A stretch of DNA of 64,000 nucleotides from an uncultured Thermoleophilia bacterium (GTDB lineage Bacteria; Actinomycetota; Thermoleophilia; Solirubrobacterales; 70-9). The translations under genes and the position numbers were made by a program. The notes beneath the pieces are model-generated. The model was not told the DNA's origin. It was given only the letters and a program-made list of their open reading frames with translations, and ran no database searches. Below, piece by piece: positions 9,780 to 17,553 of this stretch (within the stretch, counting starts at the first letter, position 1; each line of letters starts with the position of its first letter). Location: the NCBI GenBank assembly GCA_963841715.1, contig CAWJDP010000001.1, positions 340,045 to 404,044 of the forward strand. Direction: 5' to 3'.

Positions 9780-10868
9780 ATGACCGTGGTCGTGAAACTG
9801 GGCTCGGCGATCGTCTCCGGCGACGACGGCGAACTGCGCTCGGCCGTGCTCGACAGCGTCTGCGCGCAGGTCGCCGAGCTGCACGAGGGCGGCGAGAACG
9901 TCGCGCTCGTCACCTCGGGCGCGATCGCGCGCGGGATGCGGATGATGGGGCTCGGCGGCCGCCCGGGCGCAATCGACGAACTCCAGGCGGCGTCGGCTGT
10001 CGGGCAGGGGTCGCTGTTTCGGGCCTACGAGGAGCGGCTCGGGTCCGCCGACGTGCACGCCGCGCAGGTGTTGCTGACGGCGTTCGACATGTCGGCGCGG
10101 ATGCATTACGTAAACGCCCGGCGCACGCTCCGGCGACTGCTCGAGTGGCGGGTGGTCCCGGTCGTGAACGAGAACGACACCACCGCGACCGACGAGATCA
10201 CCTTCGGCGACAACGACTTCCTCTCCGCCCAGGTCGCGTTCCTGCTCGAGGCGCGGCTGCTCGTCCTCCTCACCGACACCGCCGGCCTGCACACCGACGA
10301 CCCTCGGATCGACCCTGGCGCCGAGCTGATCGAGGAGGTCGATGACTTCAGCGAGCTGTCGCGGTACGAGATCGGTGACCGCACCTCGCCCTACGGGCTC
10401 GGTGGGATGCGGAGCAAGGTCGCCGCCGCGGAGATGGCGAGCGCCGCCGGAATCCCGGCCGTGATCTGCGACGGGACCGCGCAGGGGACGCTGACGGCCG
10501 CGGCCACCGGCGAGCGCGTTGGGACGCGGTTCGCGCCGCACCCTGAGCGCACGCCGAGCTTCAAGCTCTGGCTGCGCTACGCGAAGCCGGCGCGCGGACG
10601 CGTAGTGATCGACGAGGGCGCAGCGCGCGTGCTGCGCGACAGCGGCAGCAGCCTGCTGCCGGTCGGGATCACGGCGGTCGAGGGCGAGTTCGCGGCCGGC
10701 GACGCGATCGAGGTTGCGAGCGAAGGCGGCGTGGTCGGGAAGGGGATCGCCAACTACTCGGCCGAGGAGCTGGCGCGGATCAAGGGGATGAAGTCGGCCG
10801 AGGTCCGGGAGCTGATCCCGCGCGCGAGCGAGGAGGCGGTGCACCGCGACCGGTTCGTGCTCACCTGA
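9780..10868 (+). CDS. proB: Glutamate 5-kinase (with PUA domain)
   Basis: MTVVVKLGSAIV... kinase fold with a C-terminal PUA domain (GKGIANYSAEEL). The ORF track offers an earlier start at 9750. I prefer the ATG at 9780, which lies 9 nt after a TATCCT box. Confidence 0.9.
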   Translation: MTVVVKLGSAIVSGDDGELRSAVLDSVCAQVAELHEGGENVALVTSGAIARGMRMMGLGGRPGAIDELQAASAVGQGSLFRAYEERLGSADVHAAQVLLTAFDMSARMHYVNARRTLRRLLEWRVVPVVNENDTTATDEITFGDNDFLSAQVAFLLEARLLVLLTDTAGLHTDDPRIDPGAELIEEVDDFSELSRYEIGDRTSPYGLGGMRSKVAAAEMASAAGIPAVICDGTAQGTLTAAATGERVGTRFAPHPERTPSFKLWLRYAKPARGRVVIDEGAARVLRDSGSSLLPVGITAVEGEFAAGDAIEVASEGGVVGKGIANYSAEELARIKGMKSAEVRELIPRASEEAVHRDRFVLT

Positions 10869-11020
10869 GCCGCGTGGCGCGCGATCGAGCGCAGCGAGTG
10901 CCTGGATCTCGCGAAGCTGATCGCCGACCGCTGGGCGACGGATATGCAGCCTCGTCGGAAAGGGCAGGAGGAGGCAGGGTGGCGGGGGGAGGCGACTAGC
11001 CCGCCGGTTACCCTTGTGGC

Positions 11021-12292
11021 GTGGCAACCGCGACCGAAAGCGTCCGTGACGTCTGCGCGGCGGCGCGCGCCGCGGCACGCACCCTCGCGACGCTCGACAC
11101 GGCGACCAAGGACGCGGCGCTTGAGGCGACCGCGCGCCGGCTCGGCGAGCCCGAGCGGATCGCCGAGCTGCTCGACGCCAACCGCGCCGACGTCGACGAC
11201 GCCCGCGCCGGTGACCTCGACGCCGCGTTCATCGACAAGCTGACGCTCGACGAGGACCGGATCGCGGCGATGGCCGAGGGCGTGCGCGAGATCGTCTCGC
11301 TGCCCGATCCCGTCGGCGAGGTGATCGAGACCCGGACGCTTCCGAACGGGCTCCGGCTCAGCAAGCAGCGGGTGCCGATCGGCGTCGTCGCCGTCGTCTA
11401 CGAGGCGCGGCCGAACGTGACCGTCGACGCCGCGGCCCTGTGCCTGAAGAGCGGCAACGCGATCGTGCTCCGGGGCTCGAGCGCGGCCGAGCGCTCGAAC
11501 GCGGTGCTGGCGGCGCTGCTTCGCGACGGGATCGCAGAGGCCGGAGTGCCCACGGACGCCGTCGGGTTCATCAGCGGCGGCGGCCACGCCGACATGGAGG
11601 AGCTCGCGACGCAGGAGGACCTCGTCGACCTGATCATCCCCCGCGGCGGCGAGGGCCTGAAGGAGGCGCTGAAGGCCGTAGCCAAGGTCCCGGTGATCTA
11701 CGCCGCCTCGGGCAACTGCCACGTCTACATCGACTCCGACGCCGATCTCGAGATGGCGCGGCGGATCGCGTTCAACGCCAAGGTCCAGCGCCCCGGCGTC
11801 TGCAACGCCGCCGAGACGCTGCTCGTCAACTCCCAGGTCGCGGCCGAGGTCCTGCCGCCGCTGCTCGCCGAGCTCGACGAGGCGGGGGTCGAGCTCGTTG
11901 GCGACGCCCGCGCGCGCGAGAGCGCCGGCGGAATCGCGGTGGGCGAGGCGACCGACGAGGACTGGGACATCGAGTACCTGGACATGAAGATGGCGGTCGG
12001 CGTCGTCGACTCGATCGACGAGGCGATCGCGCACGTCAACGAGCACGGGAGCGGTCACTCCGAGGCGATCGTCACCGGGTCCGAGGCCTCGGGCGCGGCG
12101 TTCGCCGACGGCGTCGACGCCGCGGCCGTCTACGTCAACGCGTCGACGCGGTTCACGGACGGCTACGAATACGGCATGGGGGCCGAGATCGGCAACTCGA
12201 CGCAGAAGCTCCACGCGCGCGGCCCGATCGGGCTGCGGGAGCTGACAACGACGAAGTTCGTCGTCCACGGGACGGGACAGATCAGGGAGTAG
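11021..12292 (+). CDS. proA: Gamma-glutamyl phosphate reductase
   Basis: 423 aa aldehyde-dehydrogenase fold. Contains NASTRFTDGYEYGMGAEIG, typical of ProA. Follows proB. Confidence 0.93.
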   Translation: MATATESVRDVCAAARAAARTLATLDTATKDAALEATARRLGEPERIAELLDANRADVDDARAGDLDAAFIDKLTLDEDRIAAMAEGVREIVSLPDPVGEVIETRTLPNGLRLSKQRVPIGVVAVVYEARPNVTVDAAALCLKSGNAIVLRGSSAAERSNAVLAALLRDGIAEAGVPTDAVGFISGGGHADMEELATQEDLVDLIIPRGGEGLKEALKAVAKVPVIYAASGNCHVYIDSDADLEMARRIAFNAKVQRPGVCNAAETLLVNSQVAAEVLPPLLAELDEAGVELVGDARARESAGGIAVGEATDEDWDIEYLDMKMAVGVVDSIDEAIAHVNEHGSGHSEAIVTGSEASGAAFADGVDAAAVYVNASTRFTDGYEYGMGAEIGNSTQKLHARGPIGLRELTTTKFVVHGTGQIRE

Positions 12293-12343
12293 GAGGGTCC
12301 GGTCCCGAACCCGAGAGCGCAGGCCGGCGACGGCGATCGAGCG

Positions 12344-12934
12344 GTGGGAGTGCTCGGCGCCGCGTTCAACCCGCCCCATCTCGGCCATCTCGTGCTCGCC
12401 CAGGAGGCGGTCGCGCGGCTCGGCCTCGCTGAGCTGCTGCTGGTCCCGACCGGCGAGGCTCCGCACAAGCGGATCGAGGACGACCCCGGCGCGGACGTGC
12501 GGCTCGAGATGGCGACGCTCGCCGCTGAGGGCAACGAGCGCCTCGAGGTCACGGACATCGAGGTCGAACGCGACGGACCCTCGTACAGCTATCGCACCCT
12601 CGAGCTGCTCAGCGAGCAGCGGCCCGAAGCGAGGCTCCACTTCGTGATCGGCGCCGACGTCGCCGTCGGCCTGGAGAGCTGGCGCAAGCCCGAGCGTGTT
12701 GTCGAGCTCTCCACGCTCGCCGTCGCCGCGCGGCCGGGGACGGACCGCCGCGAGGTCGACGAGACGCTCGAGCGCCTCGGCGCTGCGGACACCGCGGTCC
12801 AGCTCGAGATGCCGGAGATCGCGCTCTCCTCGAGCCTGGTGCGGCGGCGCGTCGGCGCGGGCGAGCCGATCCGCTACCTCGTCCCCGAGGGCGTTCGCGA
12901 GCTGATCGTCGCGCAGGGGCTGTACGCCGGGTGA
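12344..12934 (+). CDS. nadD: Nicotinate-nucleotide adenylyltransferase
   Basis: N-terminal GAAFNPPHLGHL (HxGH nucleotidyltransferase motif). Holds the conserved position before rsfS. Confidence 0.9.
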   Translation: MGVLGAAFNPPHLGHLVLAQEAVARLGLAELLLVPTGEAPHKRIEDDPGADVRLEMATLAAEGNERLEVTDIEVERDGPSYSYRTLELLSEQRPEARLHFVIGADVAVGLESWRKPERVVELSTLAVAARPGTDRREVDETLERLGAADTAVQLEMPEIALSSSLVRRRVGAGEPIRYLVPEGVRELIVAQGLYAG

Positions 12935-13308
12935 CGGGGATGACCTCGGAGGCGCTCGCGAGGCGGATCGCAGAGCTCGCGGACTCGAAGCAGGCGGGCG
13001 AGATCACCGCGATCGACATGCGTGGGCTCGTCGGGTACACGGACTTCCTCGTCATCTGCACGGCCCGCAACGAGCGCCAGGCGAAGGCGATCCACGACGA
13101 GGTCCACGCGCGCCTCAAGCACGAGAACGACCTTCTGCCCGCACGGGTAGAGGGCGGGGGCGAGTCGCGCTGGATCCTCGTCGACTACCTCGACTGCATC
13201 CTGCACGTGTTCGCGCCCGACACGCGCGACTACTACCGGCTCGAGCAGCTGTGGGGCGAGGCGCCCCGGCTCGAGCTGGACCCGCTTGCCGTCCGCGACG
13301 CCTCATAG
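12931..13308 (+). CDS. rsfS: Ribosomal silencing factor RsfS (iojap family)
   Basis: 125 aa with WILVDYLDCILHVFAPDTRDYYRLEQLW, typical of RsfS. The GTG start overlaps the nadD stop; an alternative ATG is at 12940. Confidence 0.9.
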   Translation: MTGMTSEALARRIAELADSKQAGEITAIDMRGLVGYTDFLVICTARNERQAKAIHDEVHARLKHENDLLPARVEGGGESRWILVDYLDCILHVFAPDTRDYYRLEQLWGEAPRLELDPLAVRDAS

Positions 13309-13322
13309 GCTCGTGCGCAGGA

Positions 13323-14087
13323 ATGGGCCAGTTGGGGCGTGCGTTCCCGGGTCACCGACCCAACCGGGCGGAGAGGACCGCCGTAGTCGGCGATCGGATA
13401 CTCGCCGAGCGCGACGCTCGGATCGCCGAGCTCGAGACTCTTGCGCGCGGGCTGTCCGCGAAGCTGGTGCTGCGCGACCGCGAGCTTCGCGAGCTTCGCG
13501 AGGAGCTCGCCGAGTCGCGGTCGGGACTGCGCTCACTCGCGTCCGTCGGCCGCCAGCTCGACCAGCTCCAATCTCAGGCCCGGGGCCAGGCCACGCGCAT
13601 CCGGATCCGCGCGCTTCGGGACGCGGCTGAGCTCGGCGAGCGAGTCACGGAGCTGGCGCGGCTCCCCGGGGGCGCCGGCACGCAGCTGGTCGAGGCGATC
13701 CAGGACGCGATCGGGCGTGTGGCCGACGCGGATGAGCTGCCCGAACCCGTGAGTGCCGAGGCCGACGGCACCCCCGCCCGCGAGCCGCAGGAGGTGTTCG
13801 AGGGCGCCGTCCAGGTGGAGGTCGGGCCGCTGAGCGACTTCGCCCAGCTCGTCAGCATCGAGGACGCCGCGAACGCGATCGGCGCGACCTCGGAGATCTC
13901 GATCACGCGATTCTCGGGCGGGCGCGCGACGCTGGCGATGCGGCTCACCGAGCCGGTCGCGCTGCTGCGCGAGCTCGAGGAGCGCTGCGACCTCGAATTC
14001 AGCGTCCGTTCGCAGATCGACGACACGGTCGTCCTCGACGTCGATCCCGAAGAGCGGGACGAGGGCGGGCGCGCGGAGGCCGCATAG
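13323..14087 (+). CDS. Hypothetical coiled-coil protein
   Basis: High GC3 in this frame. The N-terminal half is heptad-like (ERDARIAELETLARGLSAKLVLRDRELRELREELAESR). The C-terminal ~90 aa form a compact domain I cannot name. The start at ATG 13323 is provisional. Confidence 0.55.
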   Translation: MGQLGRAFPGHRPNRAERTAVVGDRILAERDARIAELETLARGLSAKLVLRDRELRELREELAESRSGLRSLASVGRQLDQLQSQARGQATRIRIRALRDAAELGERVTELARLPGGAGTQLVEAIQDAIGRVADADELPEPVSAEADGTPAREPQEVFEGAVQVEVGPLSDFAQLVSIEDAANAIGATSEISITRFSGGRATLAMRLTEPVALLRELEERCDLEFSVRSQIDDTVVLDVDPEERDEGGRAEAA

Positions 14088-14111
14088 GCGTGTAGGTAGG
14101 GTTCCGCGCTC

Positions 14112-15008
14112 ATGCACGAGCGTCTCGCGAACGTGAACGGGATCGAGCTCGTCTACGACGAATTCGGCGCCCCGCATGACCCCGCGATGCTGATGGTCAT
14201 GGGCCTCGGAGCGCAGATGATCTGGTGGGAGGAGGAGTTCTGCGAGCTGCTCGCGGCGAGCGGCTTCCGCGTCGTCCGCTTCGACAATCGCGACGTCGGC
14301 AACTCATCGAAGATCGAGGGGGGCCCGGGGCCGAACCTCGCGGCGGCGATCGCCGGCGACGGGAGCTCGGCGAGCTACACGCTCAGCGACATGGCCGCGG
14401 ACGCGGTTGGGCTGCTTGACGTGCTCGAGATCGGCGCGGCGCACGTCGTCGGCGCGTCGATGGGCGGGATGATCGCGCAGACGATCGCAATCGAATACCC
14501 GGACCGGGTCCTGTCGCTGACCTCGATCATGTCGACGACCGGCGCGCTCGAGGTTGGCCGGCCGCATCCGGACGGGATGGCCGCGCTGGCGAGTACGCCG
14601 CCCCGCGGCGATCGCGAGGCGTACGCGGACTGGGGCGTCCAGGCTCGACGGATCATCGGCTCGCCCGGCTACCCCACCGACGAGGCGGACCTGCGCCGCC
14701 GCGTGCTGCGCAGCTACGACCGCTCCTTCTACCCCGAGGGATTCGCGCGCCAGCTCGTCGCGATCGTCGCCTCCGGCGACCGCACCGAGCGCCTCGGCTC
14801 GGTCAGCGTTCCGACGCTCGTGATCCACGGCGCCGACGACCCCCTGATCGACGTCTCCGGCGGCGAGGCGACGGCGGGGGCGATCCCCGACGCGCGGCTG
14901 GTCGTGATCCCCGGGATGGGGCACGACATCCCGCGGGCGCTGTGGCCGAAGATCGTCGACGCGATCGTCGAGAACGCTGCTCGCGCCGCGGCCCCCGCGG
15001 CGGGCTAG
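14112..15008 (+). CDS. Alpha/beta hydrolase
   Basis: 298 aa with an HG-type oxyanion region (LMVMGLGA), nucleophile elbow GASMGGMIA and C-terminal GMGHDIP. Confidence 0.85.
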   Translation: MHERLANVNGIELVYDEFGAPHDPAMLMVMGLGAQMIWWEEEFCELLAASGFRVVRFDNRDVGNSSKIEGGPGPNLAAAIAGDGSSASYTLSDMAADAVGLLDVLEIGAAHVVGASMGGMIAQTIAIEYPDRVLSLTSIMSTTGALEVGRPHPDGMAALASTPPRGDREAYADWGVQARRIIGSPGYPTDEADLRRRVLRSYDRSFYPEGFARQLVAIVASGDRTERLGSVSVPTLVIHGADDPLIDVSGGEATAGAIPDARLVVIPGMGHDIPRALWPKIVDAIVENAARAAAPAAG

Positions 15009-15291
15009 CTCGTCGCTGAAGTTCACGGTTTCTCGACATTCCAACCTTGCCCCGTAGTGCAAATGGGCGAGTCTGAGAGCTGGCGGGAGCGTTGTCTACG
15101 CCCAACTCGGAGGGAGCAGGCACACCCCGCACGGCTACCTCCGTACGACCTACTCCATCGATGAGATCGATGCGATCGCCCTGTCCCTGCGAGGAGCTCG
15201 ATAGTGGTATCTCTTGCCTGCAGATGTCGTTGTCAGCAAGCACGCCCCTCGCCTCAGGTGAAGGGCCCTCTTAACGGTCAACGGGCGGCGC

Positions 15292-15297
15292 TAAACT
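15292..15297 (+). promoter_or_regulatory. Possible -10 box (TAAACT) for tRNA-Ala
   Basis: A TANNNT hexamer lies 20 nt upstream of the mature tRNA 5' end, in an AT-richer spacer. Confidence 0.3.
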
Positions 15298-15317
15298 GGG
15301 CCGCCGACCACCCTCTC

Positions 15318-15390
15318 GGGGCTGTAGCTCAGCTGGGAGAGCGCCGCCATGGCATGGCGGAGGCCAGGGGTTCGAGTCCCCTCAGCTCCA
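15318..15390 (+). tRNA. tRNA-Ala (anticodon GGC)
   Basis: A 73-nt cloverleaf folded by hand. Acceptor GGGGCTG/CAGCTCC with the G3:U70 Ala identity pair. D arm GCTC-AGCTGGGA-GAGC. Anticodon arm CCGCC-ATGGCAT-GGCGG. T arm AGGGG-TTCGAGT-CCCCT. CCA is not encoded. Confidence 0.93.
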
Positions 15391-15500
15391 CTCCCTCCGC
15401 TTCTCGTCCGGTCGAGAGGACGGTCGGCACACCCTCCTGCCCGGTATCACGGAACCCTCCGGCTACTGTCCCGCTCCGCGCCCGAGGCTCGCTGCGAGTA

Positions 15501-17144
15501 ATGTCGACCGACGGCCTTACTCCAGAACGGCGGGGAAGGGACCATCACGAGCTCATCAACCCTGACGAGCGCGGGCGCAGTCCGGCGGGCCCTACTGGCC
15601 GCAGCGGCGCTCGCTGGGGCCGGCGTCGTGGCGCTGTCCGCCGCCGGCGTAGCCGTCGCCGAGCCCGGACCGGCCCGCTCCACCGCTTCCGTGAGCGACT
15701 CGATCCCCTGGTCGGACTGCCATCCCCCCGGCCCGGATCTGCAGTGCGCCCGAATCCGGGTGCCGCTCGACTGGGACCACCCGAACGGGCGCACGATCAG
15801 ACTGGCGGTTATCCGCCACCTGGCCAGCAAGCCGAATCTGCGGATCGGCACGCTGTTCATCAACCCCGGCGGACCCGGCGACACCGGCGTCGGCCTCATC
15901 AAGGGCGATCCCGATAGCATCGACGCGCTCGGCGACGGTCGCTTCGACGTTGTCAGCTGGGATACGCGCGGCACCTATCGCCAGCACCCGGGTGCGCTGC
16001 TTCAAGAACAGGGGAGCGAGCGAGGTTCTGGGCCGGGGCCTCGATCCCAACGACGCGGGCAGCCGCGAAGCGCACCGTACGCCGCGCCCACGCACTGGCG
16101 CGGCGTTGCGGCAAGTTGAGCGGCTGGCTTCTGCCCCACATCTCGACCGCCGACACGGCGCGCGATTTGGACTACCTGCGCCAGCTCGTCGGCGCGCAGA
16201 AGCTCACCTATGTCGGCCTCTCCTACGGCACCTACCTCGGCCAAACCTACGCGAACATGTTCCCGGACCGGGTCCGGGCGATGCTGCTCGACGGCATCGT
16301 CAATCCGGTCAGGTACTCGAAGAGCGCCGAGGCGAGGGAGGCCATGTTCTCCGATGCCGCCGACGGGGTGATGGACCGGCTCCTGGCGTTGTGCGAGAGC
16401 GCGGGACCGGAGCGCTGCGCGCTCGCCGGCGGCGAGCGCTCCCCGGCCGAGCGGTGGAAGCGGCTGGTCGCGCGGCTGAAGCGCATGCCGATCCGCGCTC
16501 CGGAGGCGAACGGCACGCAGTTGTCGCGCCAGAAGCTGACCTACGGCGATCTGCTGCTCTCGCAGTTCCAGCCACTCAGGGCCCCAGCAACGTGGCCGGC
16601 AGACGCGGCGGATCTCAACGCCGCGGCCGGGGGCAACGGATCGGCGCTGGAGGGCGCGGCCAGCGAGTCCGTTTCGCCCGCCGGCTGGAGCGGCGCCTCG
16701 ACCTCGGCGGCGATCCAGTGCGCCGACGCGCCCGCCAAGAGGAGCGCGCGGGCCTGGCCGCAGGTGTACAAGCGACTGAAGCGGGTCGGCAAGCTCCAGG
16801 GACCGCTCAACTTCGCGTGGGGGTGGGCCCCCTGCGCTTCCTGGCCGGTGCGGGGCGAGGACACGTACAGAGGGCCGTGGAACGCCTCGACCCCGAACCC
16901 GATCCTGCTGGTCAACCAGACCCACGACCCGAACACGGGCTATGGCAACGCCGTCGCAGCGGAACACGTGCTCGGCAACGCGGTTCTGCTCACCCAGGAG
17001 GGCTACGGCCATCTCTGGTTCCAGGACCCGAGCACCTGCGTGGACAAGGCGTTTGCCGACTACCTGATCCATCTGAGCACCCCACCGCCGGGCACGGTCT
17101 GCCAGTCGGACCAGGAGCCCTTCGATCCGGGCTTTGGGCCGTAG
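15501..17144 (+). pseudogene. Secreted tripeptidyl-aminopeptidase-like (Tap family) alpha/beta hydrolase, interrupted by about 3 frame breaks
   Basis: Family-typical sequence is spread over three frames. Frame 0 holds ATG 15501. Frame 1 holds the Tat-like SRRALLAAAALAG...FINPGGPGDTG...FDVVSWDTRGT. Frame 2 holds ASTRVRCFKNRG. Frame 0 then resumes with ERARFWAGASIPTT...HISTADTARDLDYL...GLSYGT...THDPNT...GYGH, running to the stop at 17144. Confidence 0.7.
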
Positions 17145-17553
17145 TCGATCTGACGTGATCGGCGCGAAGATCGCCGGCGCCACCGCGAGTTGGTGACCGC
17201 GAGCGCCGGAGGCGATTACCGCGACGTTCTCCTCCGACATCGCCACGGCACAGTAGCGGGGCTTATTTCTCGAGCAGCGAGGCGAGCGCCCGCAGAAACT
17301 GGGGGGAGCTGCAGCTGCCCCTGAGGGCCGGCGGCGCGCGGTCGGAGGTCGGGCTCTTCCTGCCCGCCGACAGGAGGGCGATCGCGGGGGCGATCACAGC
17401 GCAGAGGGTCAGGGGACGATCAACGCCTGGGCAACACCGCGGTTGGGCCCGGCGCTTGACTCGTTCGAGCCGGTTCGATAAGTGTGCTGTCAGTCGGTGC
17501 AGGGGCCGGCAAGCACAACATCCGCCCGGGGAAGGTGGCGAGGTTTTGGCGGG

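Noticed and set aside
15391-17500. A classical integrative island at tRNA-Ala (integrase, att direct repeat).
   Set aside because: No tyrosine or serine recombinase, transposase or phage-like ORF is visible in any frame near the tRNA or elsewhere in the window. I also could not spot a repeat of the tRNA 3' half by eye. The variable segment is therefore described only as an eroded hotspot.
17145-17553. A small - strand ORF ending at 17263 (…LTLCAVIAPAIALLSAGRKS…FLRALASLLEK), taken from the 297-aa ORF 17263..18156.
   Set aside because: Most of that ORF is antisense to the well-supported 17554..19299 gene. The non-overlapping tail is short, has no clear start or SD, and has mediocre composition. 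It cannot be supported from sequence alone.
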